64,000 bases of DNA from Owenia fusiformis (GCA_903813345.2 CAIIXF020000001.1:21204001-21268000); one strand, 5' to 3'. Shown: positions 26,501-41,500, counted from the first letter of the stretch. Program-made: numbers and translations. Notes: a model not told the origin generated them from the letters alone.

Positions 26501-29500
26501 ATACCCTGTAATTAGAAAAAATAATCAAATTGTGCTTTATAAAGCAATTCTCCTGTGTTGTGTGTCAATGTGTTAACCTATAGGCTACTCAATCATAAGT
26601 ATGATCCAACAGATTATAGCCCTACATTTTACACTATGTGCATCTCTTTTATTTTTCTTTGTTGGTATAATGTGTCACATGGTATAACATGTACTTTAAT
26701 CTCTAGGATACTACCCAGACTATATTCCAAACTATAGCCTTACAATGTGAACAATGTCTAAGGACTGTTTTTTGTGGTCAAATCTCATCTTGTATTTTTT
26801 CTGGTGTGTATTGTCAAGTTGCATTGCTATGTATGAAACTTTAATTCTGTACACTATAGACCTCCTAAAATCCAAGTACCGCTCCGTTCTCAGTGCCAAA
26901 CTGTCGTCCACTGCCTAAATAACAAGTTTAACATACAAATGCATTCATAAATGTGACCTTTTTGACCTTAAAACTTTCAATTATATTTACACAAATTATT
27001 TAATAGAGACCAGATTTTGATGATTACCTACATAAAGAAAATGTGTCATACTTACATGTACAGTAGTTACATATTTAACATTAACAAAATCATTCTATTA
27101 TTTTGAAGTTATCAATTTACTAAACAAATAAAAACATGCTTAAAATTGAATGTCTTCGAGTCTACAGTATCTGATAATTACTTATAAAGTTTCTTGTCAA
27201 ATTATTGCTTTATTACAACGAGTTCCACAAGTTATCACTGACTATATGTTGCTATGGTAACAGATATTGCCAATAATCTGTTCACTCTTGAGACAACATG
27301 TTTATGTGTGTTTCAAGTCAATCTTAAGTTTACTTCTCTAAATTATTGCAAATTACAAAAGTGTAACAATTGTTACAGATGCCAACACAGAATTCTGGTC
27401 ACTTAACAGTTGGAGGCTATAATAATATAATGTAACAATGTAATATGGTGTGATTCTTCAAGAAAAATAGAACTCAATTTGAAATCAATTTAAATACAGT
27501 TTAACATTTCAAAAAGCTTGAAGTAAAAGAGATTGCAATAACTCACCTTTAGGAAATTTTCCTGTTGCTCCACTTCAAGCCTAATCCGTTCTAACGACTG
27601 TTTCTTCTCATGGTACGCTCTTGTTATTTCATCATAGCTTCCTTTGCTGGAATACATGAGACTTTTGTTAAAACAATTCTTAATAGACGTTTCCGATAAA
27701 TCGTGCATCTTTTGATCCATCAGGGAAACTATAACTTATTGGTTTGATTGATGATGTCATTGGCTGTAGGTAGCAAACTGCCCATTCGAAAATGGTATTA
27801 ACTTTTTGCTAATTTTATAAAAGTACAACCTATGACATCATCAATCTAGCCAATATATTGTGGTTTCTCTGATGGATCAAAAGATGGCACGATTTATCGG
27901 AAACGTCTATTTTTATTATGGAGAGAGGGTAACAGGGGCTTTAGACAAGAAAAAGACAAGGTATTAACCAGCAAAATGTCACCACCTGACAATTGTTACA
28001 TATGCTATATGTTACAGACGCCGAAATGTCATCCACAAAAAAGTTGGAGACTACTTCTGGTGGTGACATAATTCTACTGATATACTGAATATAGTTAGAT
28101 ACCAATAGATAGTAATCCATTTTGACAAATACAATGGCCTGAACACAAAGAATGCAGCAACAAAAATGATTATTTCTTCAATTTCAGTCAAACCCACAAA
28201 ATATGTACAGAAGTTACATCCTTATTGTTGAGACATCCATAGACAACTATTAAAATGCATATACAGTATATATCAAATCTCATAGCACTAATCAATCTTA
28301 ATGTTTTGTGAAGCCACTGCCCCCTCACTTAAACGTGCTTCTTTAAAACAGTTACAGACATCAAACTGAATGCCAGTCACAAAAACAGCCGCAAAAACAG
28401 ACAAATTATCAATACCTCTTGGGGCCTGTTCTAAGGGTATTGGTACTCGTTTTGAAGGCTTATATTTTACAATATTAACTTGAGCAATATGGGACATCAT
28501 AGTGATGAGCTAAGTGTCAGGCCATAATGGATATTTCTGCCTGGTAATGTTTCAGGGGAAATGAGATATTATTCAGTGTGTATGATTTTCGTTCAGTTCT
28601 CGCTATTTCAGCCCAAGGCATAAACAGAGCTAATATACTAATAATCCCATTTCAGCGGGCGACATAGTGAAACCTTGAACCTCTTGACTTTGGCCCTTAG
28701 TCCAAGATCTCACTATGTAGCTCTTTAAAATGATATTCCATATTGGTATTATTACCAACATTTATCTCAAGGGCTGAAATCTTGGCGTTTTCATAATACC
28801 TTCTCTCCTCCAAAGCAATCCTTCTCTCTATCTGACTAATCTCACTCTGTATATTCTGTGGTTTACGCTTAACCCTCACCTCTTCACTGACCTGCCTAGC
28901 CTTTGCCTCACTCTCCTAAAACATACATGTTAAACACAACATTTACAATTCTCGGTCTGTATATTCTGTGGTTTACGCTTAACCCTCACCTCTTCACTGA
29001 CCTGCCTTGCCTTTGCCTCACTCTCCTAAAATATACATGTTAAACACAACATTTACATTTCTCACTCAGTATATTCTGTGGTTTACGCTTAACCCTCACC
29101 TCTTCACTGACCTGCCTTGCCTTTGCCTCACTCTCCTAAAACATACATGTTAAACACAACATTTACAATTCTCGGTCTGTATATTCTGTGGTTTACGCTT
29201 AACCCTCACCTCTTCACTGACCTGCCTTGCCTTTGCCTCACTCTCCTAAAACATACATGTTAAACACAACATTTACATTTCTCACTCAGTATATTCTGTG
29301 GTTTACGCTTAACCCTCACCTCTTCACTGACCTGCCTTGCCTTTGCCTCACTCTCCTAAAACATACATGTTAAACACAACATTTACAATTCTCGGTCTGT
29401 ATATTCTGTGGTTTACGCTTAACCCTCACCTCTTCACTGACCTGCCTTGCCTTTGCCTCACTCTCCTAAAACATACATGTTAAACACAACATTTACATTT

Positions 29501-32500
29501 CTCACTCTGTATATTCTGTGGTTTACGCTTAACCCTCACCTCTTCACTGACCTGCCTTGCCTTTGCCTCACTCTCCTAAAACATACATGTTAAGCACAAC
29601 ATTTACATTTCTCACTCTGTATATTCTGTGGTTTACGCTTAACCCTCACCTCTTCACTGACCTGCCTTGCCTTTGCCTCACTCTCCTAAAACATACATGT
29701 TAAACACAACATTTACATTTCTCACTCTGTATATTCTGTGGTTTACGCTTAACCCTCACCTCTTCACTGACCTGCCTTGCCTCACTCTCCTAAAACATAC
29801 ATGTTAAAAATAAACCTTTACATTTCTATTTTCCCTACCAATTTCTTGAATTACACTTGGGATATGTTAATAAGCTATACAGATGAACACAATGTTTTCA
29901 AAATCAATCATATTCTTCAAATCCTGAAATTATTTTCCTAAAATATTGATTTTAAAGAAGACCCTTTAAGATTACTTATTTTATATGATTCTTTGCAGTG
30001 ATCTATAATATTTATTTCATCATTTAAAACAATGATTAAATTAAATAGTTAATATGAGTAACGACATGTCAACTGAAATCCGAAGATTATGGTGCTGGGG
30101 AATTCAACAACTTTTAAGGAAGTGGAAAATTGGGTCTTGACCTCGGAAGCTCCAATTCAAATAAGAAGTGAAGTTATTTTTCATACTCCAAGAAAGCCTA
30201 CTGAATACATGCACAAATCTTTTCTCAAGAATATTATAGGAATATAGGAAAACTCATCGATCTATGTATATTTTATGGATACAATTCCAAGATTTCAAAC
30301 AGTTTCTCATTCTTAAAATTTTCACCAAAAATTCCTGGCATTTTTGACCAAGAAATGTCTCACCCAACTTAAAAGAAATCTGACCACTTTTATGATAAAG
30401 ATAAAGTAGTTGTGTTACCTCTACGTGTTTCTTGTGGGCATCATACTCGGCAAGACAATCTTTGATCTTGGCCTGATGCTCCTTCAGCTTGCCTTCATAA
30501 TGCTTCTTATCATGTTTAGCCTTCTCTTTGTTAGCACTAGCAGTATCATGGTCTTCCTGAAATAACAAATATTAAACTTTTGGGTAATCTTGGGTCAATC
30601 TCTTGTCAATTTTATAAATAAGGGAAATTCAAGAATTTTGCATGACAATTTGGATATCAAAATATTGATGAAGTTGATGCAAAGAATCGGGAGATCAATT
30701 CAATATATTCCTCTCTCCCACTGCTGCTTCTGCCTTTACATAATTCTAAGCTTGCACACAAACATTTTTCAAGAATTCAGTCTTAATCTAAAGTTAAGTT
30801 TAACATTAGATCAATTGTACAAACCTTTAGTTTTTCAACTTTTGTGTGGATCTCAGTGATCTTATCATTTATTGCTTGAAAACGTTGCTCTGCTTCTCTG
30901 CGCACTTTGTCTGTGGCGAGCTTCCTCTCATTTGCAGCTTCCAGTAGTTCCTGAAGCTCTGCCATTTTATTCTTGTATCTAGCTACATCCTCTTGCTGTA
31001 ACATGCACACAGCTTTGAAATTTCACCAAGTTTTGAGATTTGCATGTAATGATTATCAATGACTTTAATGTTCTCCCTATTAGAGAACATGTTTCAATAA
31101 TGTACCCAGTTTTTACATGTACTCGAAGAACTTTGATCTACAGATATTTTGTTACATGAGATTCTGCATGACTTAACTTTTTAAGCAATTTGAAAAATGT
31201 AAATAAATTATCATCCCATTAGAATCCTTTAGAAAACATGCTGCAATGTGTTTTTAGAAAGAATAATATATTTTCAGCATCCTCACCAGCACAAAAACAT
31301 CTTCTGGCTCTGGGTCTTCTTGCAACTCAAGCTCTTCTTTCTCCTAAAAAAACAAATGATAAATCAACACACATTTTACCCATTAACAAATATTTGCTAA
31401 TAAGAGTAGAATAACAAAGGTCTATCCATCAACGAACAACTATACATGGACAACTTACTGCTTGAATTTTCTGCAGCTGGTCCCTGATTTTCATAATTTC
31501 TGTCTCACTACGTCGTTTTTCCTTTTCTTGGTTATTCATCTGAACTGTCAGATTTCTGTTTTCTTGGTTAAGCTGCTTCATCTCCTGAGTGTTAACTTCC
31601 AATTCTTGCTTTGTTTCTCTAAAATAATGAGTGAACAGATTAATGTTGGCTTCAAATAAAATGTCAAAATGGTAATGGCCTTAAATATTGTGTTGGGGAT
31701 GGTGTCAAGATGTGTCCAGATGAGTTTTGAAAAAAAAAATTAGTCTCATGGTTTAAACTCGGGGTGGGTCGGGTCATAATTGTATGTTGATATTAGATAG
31801 GTTTAGATGTAAACTATTTCCCATAGTAAAATACTGTACTGTGACATCTGTTTCCAACTGAGTAATTGATTAAGTCAATGACATGGTACATTGCAGCCTG
31901 GTCCGAGGATCCCGACCCATCCCTAGTTTAAACCCCCAGCCCCACATAATGAAATCTGAAAATGTTGACTTGAAAATCAACATTTCTACTTGCAATAACA
32001 AGATTTACCCCTTCATCTAACAAAATTAACTTTGCTTTTCCACAACTGCCCTTAATATGGATATGCATAATGAAAATAGAAATGAAGAAGGTTGTCTTTG
32101 TCCCATTCAATATAAAATGTACAGACATGTACATGTAATAACTAACCTGATTTCATCTTCCACACTGGCTTTTAAGTATTTTGAATTTTTCTGATCGGAG
32201 GAGTAGTAACGGAATGAAGGTTTGGAGAGGACTTGATCTCCTTCTATGGTAAATACCTATAATATATACAAGAACACAAATGTGTACAAAATGTCCCCAC
32301 CAATGGGTGATCCCGTCATAATGGTTATCCTAAAAATGAGTAGACAAGACTTTACCAACACAATTTGAGGATGGAAAATCCAAAATGGCCACCTTAAAAT
32401 TTACCCAGAATGCCAAAAATTTAGTCAGTTCTAGATTTTCATACTAAGAAGCACCCCTGAAAATTTGAAATTGATCCGTCACACAGTTAACCAGAAAAAA

Positions 32501-35500
32501 TGTAAGCAAGACTTTACAGACAAGATTTTAGGATGAAAATCCAAAATGGCTGCCTTGACATTTACCCAAAATGTCAAAAAACTAATATGTTTCTAGATTT
32601 TCATACTAAGAATTATCCCTGAAAATATGAAATTGATCTACTGAACGGTTCACCTGAAAATGCGTAGACAAGACTTTACAGAGAAGATTTTAGGACAGAA
32701 AATCCAAAATGGCTGCCTTGATATTTTACGCAGAATGCAAAAAAAACTAATCAGATGTAGATTTTCATACTAAGAATCATCCCTGAAAATTTGAAATTGA
32801 TCTACCACACGGTTCACCTGTAAACGTGTAGACAAGACTTTACAGACAAGATTTTAGGACGGAAAATCCAAATTGGCTGCCTTGGCATTTACCCAGAATG
32901 CCAAAAAAACTAATCTGATCTAAATTTTTATACTAAGAATCATCCCTGAAAATTTGAAATTGATCCACCAAACGGTTCACCTGAAAACGTGCAGACAAGA
33001 CTTCACAGACAAGATTTTAGGATGGAAAAATCCAAAATGGCCGACAATAAAAAAGTGATTATAAGTTTTTGCTTATTTCTTTTTACAAAATCATCACATA
33101 TACCTACTGTTAACAATAACATAGAGTTTTACAAGAAAGTACATCTGAAATTATTTATAGAGCTACTAAATAGTTAAAGTATGAAAATCAAAAACACCAT
33201 TCAATATAATACAAAGTATTATCGCGCGCTAACTTTTCTTAAGACATTCAAAATGGCTGCCATGACTGAGCTAATAGGTTCAAAACCTATTCAGATCTAG
33301 AATGAAGTGAGCTGAACAAGATGTTAAAGTTTTAAAAGCAACTGTGAAGCCGTTTTTCTTAAAGTTTGCAGACAAGGATTTTAGCATTTGACTTCAAAAT
33401 GGCCGACAGGAAGTAGGTTTCGAGTTAAATTTTTTTCATCCATATCTGTATGCACTCATAAGTTATCAATGAAAATTTGAAGGTGATAACTGTAGCGGTT
33501 GTGGAGAAAACTCCCGGACGTACGTACGGACAGATGAACGGACGGACGCACCTAGGCCGACAATATGGCCCCACACTATGTGGTGGGGACATAACAAAAC
33601 AGAATATCGCACCCGATGAGCAATACTTCATAAGTGGGATTTAATCCAACTGGTTAATTTGCTGATTGGTCAAATTTTATCATTTTCCAAATTTTAATTT
33701 TCTTAATGATAAGAAACTTCCGTTTTGATAACATTTTGAAGATAATATGACAACTCACCTCCTTGCAGTTGTGTGGGGGATTGTACATCATTGTTTTCCT
33801 AGCAATCTCACTGCTGGGTATGATCATCACACACTCAATGGTACGCTAAAAATCAATTTTTTTATTGATATTTTTAACTTCTAAACAAAGCATTAATGTG
33901 CAAAATGTCACAACCTGCCATTTGTTACAGATGGCAAACACCTACCACCATCACAAAAAAGTTGGAGACTATATCAATGTTACCACTTGTGGTGGTGACA
34001 TAATAAAAACATAATGAAAGAGAAATTCTTCAGCGGTGGCAGCAATTTTTCGATAATCATTACTCAGTACACCTGAGGAATGTCCAGTCAGATTCAAAAT
34101 TTCTTTCTTAACCTAAGGAAATGTTAAAAGTATTGGTGTAGATTGGAGTGTAACTGTTTCCTAGGAATTTATTGTTCTTCAAGGGGTTATTTCATTGTAT
34201 CTTTTGTAGCTCACGCTAACAATTTCCCTCCACTGCCCTCCTTTTATTATCTCTCATATGGCTTACTCTTTTCAATTGCGCAAATCTCAATACGTGTTAG
34301 AAATCATTCTTACTTGATCAATGAGTGTGTTAATGATGACAGGGTCCTCTATCTCTAGGACATCTAGCACCGTATCGTACTGATCATGACGGGCTCGCTG
34401 AAACAATGAAACATCTTCAACTGTGAGTTGCATTGTAAATATGATTCATAATATTCAATGGACATTCAAGGTATCTCCATTATTACATATCTACGAGGGG
34501 TGACCAATAAGGAATGGACGCTTTTTTACACAGATACTTTTTATCGACCAATCCCTTTGATTTTCTTACCAGTGATACATCATTCAATCATCTATCAATT
34601 CTTAAGATTTGAAGACAAAATATGTAATACATGTTGATATATCCTTATTTCCGTGAAGGAGGTACAGGTATCCCGGGACTGACATTTACGTCACAAATTT
34701 ATTTTATAGCCAGTCTGGCATATTTCAGTTAGATTTGAACTTTTTGATATGCAACAAGTGTTGTGTTGTTTGAAATATTTTGCTGACTGATAACACATAA
34801 ACGGTGATGTCAACGTGTTGTATGGTTGGTGTTTGCAGTTAAATTTGAGAAAACATTGTGGAAGGAGGGGTTGGTGACAGAAGGGAGCACCCTACTCCAT
34901 AATGCACCTGTCAAAAGATTCAAAATGTCCAGAATACAATATCCCTGGACCTCAACTGAGCCCTTGGAGGGGCCCTTGGCCAATGCACCATTTTGTCCAG
35001 ATCTGCCCACATGTGACTTATTCATTTCTATACTTGTACATGTATTACTAATTTCTATAGAAAGGACACAGGTTTAATGACATTGATGAAATAAAACAAG
35101 CTGTGCCACTGCATCTTGCTTCCACGTCAGAGAATGGATTCGGTCTTGTCTCACAATCTTGGATTAAAAGGATGAGGAAGTGTGTTCCTATTGATGGAAC
35201 CTATGCAGAGGGCCCTGTAGAATGAATGTGGCATGAATAGAATACCACATAGTGATGATGAAATATTCAAAATCAAGTATGGCATATCAAAATGGCGTAA
35301 TTCATGATCATCATGGTTAGTTTTGTTCAGCCTGCATTCAATTGCATTGCTTGTTAAACAAGCTAAAATAGCTTCATAATGTGTGACATTATGTCAGCCC
35401 CAGGGTACCTATACCTCCTTCACGGAAATAAAGATATTACATGTTTTGCTTTCAAATCATCGGAATTGATAGATAATTGAATGATGTATCACTGGTGAGA

Positions 35501-38500
35501 AAATCAAAAGGATTGGTCTATAAAAAACATCTGTGTAAAAAAGTGTCCATTACTTATTGATCACCCCTCGTAGATGTGACAACCATCAAAAATCAAAAAT
35601 GATAGAGATTTACAAATTTTCGAAGACAGTTTACCCAAAGAAGATTCAGAAATAAATAGACTTGTAAATCTCTATCATTTTTGATGTTTTTAACACTTAT
35701 TAACATACATTCGAGCCACTAAAAATAAATTGAGAATTGTTTTAGTTTGTTAACTGACTGTTTGTTAACTATACCTATGTGTATTCTGACTGTAACATGC
35801 TCTTCAATTTTCAAGATCAACATCATTGCTTAACTTACATTTTGTGAGACGTCATAGACATTCTGTTTAAATGCCCCTACAATGGTAGTTGGTGTCTGTC
35901 CTGGTGGGCAAGCACGCTTGAATATTCCTTCAAGGACTTGGTTATCATGGTGATCATGTACACAGAAGGACTTCATAAGGTTTTTTAAGCAGCACTCTAT
36001 TGCCAGTGCATAGTCTTGGTTCCTCAATTGCATACAAGCACCTACATATATTGAACACATGTTAATGCTGAACCAGAACAACGGCAACGCCAAAGCGTAG
36101 CGAATCCCATCAAACAGAAATGGCTGGCATTTTTACAAACGAATAGCAAATATCATAAAACAACACACCAGAAAGGCCACCATTTTCAAAATGGTTGCTC
36201 ATTAGCGAAGTTGTCACCAGAAGAAATAATGTGCTTTTAAGTAGCCACCTCTAAAATTTTTGAAAAATCGCACACGTACTTGTAAAATAACACACATAAA
36301 AATGGTGGCCATTTTTCAAAATGGCCCACTACTCCCCAAAGTTTTATTAGACAATGTGCCATGCTTAAAGTATTCACATATCAAATATGAACAAAATCGC
36401 TCCACTACTTTTCGAGTTATAGTAAAATACGTTAAAATGGCGGCCATTTTTCAAAATGGCCACTGTCTACCAAAAGTGTCATTAGATATAGACAGCGTGC
36501 CATGCTTATAGTATTCACATACCAAATATGAACAAAATCACTCCACTACTTTTCGAGTTATAGTAAAATACATTAAAATGGTGGCCATTTTTCAAATTTT
36601 TTTTCAAAATGGCCGCCTTTTACCAAAAGTGTCATAGGACAGTATGCCATGCTTATAGTATTCACATACCAAATATGAACAAAATCGCTCCACTACTTTT
36701 CGAGTTATAGCAAAATACATTAAAATGGCGGCCATTTTTCAAAATTTTTTTCAAAATGGCCGCCTTCTACCAAAAGTATCTTTAGACAGTGTGCAATGCT
36801 TATAGTATTCACATACCAAATATGAACAAAATCGCTCCACTATTTTTTGAGTTATAGCAAAAATCGTAAAATGACGAGTAAAGGCCGCCATTTTCAAGAT
36901 GGCTGCCATGTGCTTCTTTAATATCTACATTTGTAGCATTATTAATGTCCTTTATAATTCTTTTACATTTAAAACATATTGCTATTACAGTTTTACATAT
37001 TACACCTAAATTACTGTAAAATCGGCACTAAAATGGCCGCCATTTTGAAATGAGTGGCCATTTTGAAAATCTGCTTTCGAGCAGAACTTCTACCCCAATA
37101 GGGTATATGTGTACAAAATATGAACAAAATCGGGCCAACGGTATTTGAGTTATTGCCCGGACGGACGGACAGACGGACGGACGGACGGACGGACGTACGT
37201 ACGGACGTACGGACGGACGGACGGAGGCGTTCCCTATATCCCTCCGAACTTCGTTCGATGGGATAATAAATACAGTAGAAACTGCTAAGTGGAACACCTA
37301 TGTAAAAGGAACATGTTATTTAAAGTCCTGCAGTCAACGGACTCCATGTTAATGAACCTATGTAACATGTGATTTATGGAGCAAAAGCTGGCCACTGTTT
37401 TTTTCTTTCTGAAATAATGAGGTAGTTGACAAAGGGCAAAATAAAATAAAACCTCTATTTGATCAAACATTTGTCATATATCATAAATTGAGCAACAAAA
37501 TTCATATGAGACCAGAAACTGCAGCATGTCGATACTTGTAAGGTTAGATCCCCACTTGGGTGAACTGACTTTTCACATCAGCCCTAAGCACAGGATTTCA
37601 TTCTGTGTTTTCTTTAACTAATGATTTGAATTTACAGATAAATTCACAATTTATTCAAAACTATCATTTTTCACCCAATTGAGAAAAAATCTTAAAGAGC
37701 GCACTCTTCCAGGTGAGGTCTTACCCAATGGACCAATTGGCTTCTTGTGAAATCTGCCCTGTTGGTGTGCCTGGTTTATAAGATTCTGCAAGTCTGGCAT
37801 CCAGGTTCCAAATCTCTTCAATCTGTCTTTACTAGAAGCCTCAAGGTCCTTCAAGAATCGCTTCTTTTGTTCTATATTATTCTGCAGGTCTCGCTCCTGG
37901 CGTCTGGAATATTTAAATCGAATGACAAACTATTACAAACCATCACCCACAGATTGAGGAAAGTTATAAAACACAAGAACCCCAGAAAGCTGAAATAGTA
38001 TCACTGACCCGCCTAAAACCCAGGCCACACTCCAAATTATAACAAGATTTTTATCGATGCAATAATAGAGATTTATATAACAATAATTCTTACTAAAAAA
38101 ACTTTGATTTGCCAGATACCAGTCTACCTACTTTTTGCCATAAGATTCCTCTTTATATCTGGTAATTGCCCCAAGATATTGTCTGACTTCATGTTCCTTT
38201 GTGGATTTCTGAGCTTCCAGTATTGCCATCTGTCCCGTTAGTTCTTCGATCTTTCTCTCCCTTACTGCCTTCTCGGTGTTGATATCACTGACACTGGAAA
38301 ATACATACATATACATACAATACAGGTTACATATGATCAATGTTAATTAATCATTGGTGTGAATTCATTCTTTTCCATGACTGAATGCATGATAAGAATG
38401 ATTGAATAGTGTAAATCCTACTAATAATTGGTATGAATCCTTACCTTGATTGAATGGTGTGAATCCTTATTATGAGTGGATGGTGTGAATCATTACATTG

Positions 38501-41500
38501 ACTAAATGGTGTAAATCCTGATCCTGATCGAATAGTGTAAATCCTTTCCTTGATTGAATAGCGTGGATCTTTACCAAATTGTGTAAGTCCATAAATCCTT
38601 GCTCAAATGGTGTGAATTAGTGTGAATCATTACATTAACTGAATGGTTACCCTGACTGAATGGTGTGGATCCTTACCTTGATTGAAGGGTGTGGATTCTA
38701 TCAAGAGTTTCCTGTAGATCCCGCCCAACAGTTGTGATTTTACTTTGCAGCTTTTTTGGTTCGTACTGAAAGGTCAGTGCAAAATCAAAATAGATAATAT
38801 ATGGGCACAGTGACAATATGAACCAAATAAACAGAGAAACAGTACTTTTCAGCTTGGCTGTTGATTTTAAATGATCCTTACATTAGGCCTAATATACTGA
38901 ACTGACACATGACAATAGGCACACAAATGACTTAGAGACATAACACTGTCCACAAAATGCCACAATGTGTGCTCTGTATGCTCATATAGCAATTTGTTTC
39001 CACCAAACATTCTCATGGAATTGGAACATTAATTTGATATCCTATTAAAGCCATATATGAAAGCAATATCCCTAAATGTAGATATCTTACATTGACTGCC
39101 TGGCAAGCTTTCTTAGCTTCCTTCAGCTCAGCATTTGCTCTATCATGCTCCGGTTTATACTCCGTAACTTCTCCACTGATTGCCTGAAGCTGTTCAGTTA
39201 TTTCTTTGTAGCATGTGCTATGTTCATCAACAACTTCCTAAAAAACATTGATTTTGCTATATTACATCAACTTGAGAAGTGTTTTGTAAAAGTGTGATTT
39301 CAAATGATCGATCCACATTTTTGTTGTAGCTCAACTAAAGAATTTATTTAATAGGTATGAAAGTATATGCAAGGTGCATATTTTGCAAGTTTCAACTTTC
39401 AAGGAAGTGATCATTTTTGACAAAGGAATGATTAACAAATAATTTGATTGGTACTTAGCTCATTTTAAAATTTTCCAAACATTTTAGGCTGAACTTACAT
39501 TAAACTGAAACAAAAATTAAACAATAAACCTGTGCTTTCTGGACTGCAGCCACAAACTTTGGCAGTCTTGCTTCTGCAGTCTTGTGCTCTTTCTCTTTGA
39601 TATCTCGGACCTGAAAGGTTAATTACAATTTTTATTTAATGTACGGAATCTTCTTTCTTTGTGCCAACTAACTTGGGGATGGTATCAAAATGTCAACAAA
39701 TGTGAAAGAATAAACTCCATTTAATTAGGGAGGGGGGATAGATGAGAATTTTATTTTTAAAGAAGTTGATTTTTAAAAAACAAAACTGAGTCCAAAATTT
39801 AACTTTAAGCTTTAAGGGGGCAGGGGGATCAAACCAGAATTAAATTAACTCTGTTTTTCCACAACTCTATCAACATCACTTACAATATTTGAATAGTTTC
39901 ACAATTCTGTAAGTATACTTCAAAATTCTATATATAGTATACGTAGTACTTTAATTATAAACTTATCTTGTTTTGAACCATATTATGGTTTCTTGAAAAC
40001 AAGATAGTGTCCAATATGCTTTTCTTAATAAAATTCTTTTCTTGTCTCTCATGTACTGCAATACTCTTCCCATAGATTAACTTCACGTAAAATGCTTGTT
40101 TACACACCTCTCGCTTCTCATTCACCATAGCCCAAGCCAATTGATTGTGCAGTCCCTCAATTTTCTTCTTCATTCCAGTAAGAGCTTCACAGGCGTCGTA
40201 TCTCTCCTTGCATTTGCTCAGTTCATCCTCCAGCTGAGGCAAGGACTGACAACATAGCAACAACAATTATGAATGTAATGACTGGAGTCCATATTCAATG
40301 TACAGTATTAGCAATCTTAAATAACAAAAAGACAAAATCCCTCCCAATAAATTTTGTATGTACCCTATGTACTTGGTAATGAGGTTAAAATTAACAAATA
40401 ATTACAGAGACTTTTGTATTTGATCATCATGATTTAGTCTCAACAACTAGAATTGCCATGGTTTGTTTGCCATAGTGCAATGCACAAGAAACTTGATAAT
40501 ATTTCAACATTAACACAAGGCATCAACATGCAAGATGTCACCATCTGCCATTTTTTACAGACACCGATGAACACCAAACTTTGAACACTGTTGGAGACCT
40601 TGACTATAACATTAAAATAATTCCAGCTGTCCTTTCAGCTGTTTCTTACCTTCTTCTTGGACTCAACTATATTCTGGGATATACTTTTAAGTTCGTTGGC
40701 ACTGGCATAGTCATACTTCATCTGTTCTAGCTGAGTGGCACGTAGGAAAAACTAAAAGAAGTACATGTATGTTAACATGTGAGTGGTTACAGGGTGCGAC
40801 ATTAATATTGACCGATAGCATAATGTTTAGTGAATTTTCCCCGCACCAGCTGATAATTAGCAAGTGTAGGGAAATAAAATAACAATGTTATGCAGCTCTG
40901 ACCACACCCTGTTGGTGATATTTTGTATATATGGAAATTATTAGATAGACATCTCTCCCAACATTGCGATGCAATACAATATACAAAACTTTTATCAAGT
41001 GAATGTAATTCAATTTTAAAACATAAATGTTTTGTACTTACCTTATACTTGTCATTTGGGGATTTTGAGTTGAGGAAGTTTCTACTTGTGTCCTGGTTTA
41101 AAATGGCTACAGGATTCTCTACTTGAATATTGAATTGATCAAGAATCCTTGTCAACTCCTCTCGTTTCTTGGACACCTCTTTGCCTGAAATGAAACATGA
41201 TTAGCATGATTAAGTATATGATATACCCTGAGCTCAAAGAATAGTTCACAACCTTCTTATTAGGTGTGATCATTTAAAAATTGCATTTTGTGTTAAAACA
41301 TTTGTTTTCTGTCAATTGGACAATATTGACTTTGAATAATTACCTGACTTAGATTTAAGACTGTAACTGCTCCCGCCACTTGCTTGTATTGTCCGCTCTA
41401 CAATAATGGAGTCTCCATAGGCCTCATGTTTGTAGGCATCTGGCCCTTTATGGTTTCTCAGTGTCACTCTCACTTGTGCTGATCTACAAATATAAGCAAA

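Noticed and set aside
26300-26505. Additional SMC6 cassette exon after a ttacAG acceptor
   Set aside because: In-frame TAA after ~26 codons and no similarity to 23a-c.
27056-27214. Additional cassette exon ending at a GTAAGT donor
   Set aside because: In-frame TAG 14 codons before the donor.
28841-29825. CRISPR-like array
   Set aside because: There are no unique spacers; it is a head-to-tail duplication of SMC6 sequence in a eukaryotic gene.
37028-37297. ORFs with PSVRPSV repeats (also 21636-21866, 33425-33631)
   Set aside because: These are translations of the (GGAC)n microsatellite in HINE-like elements.
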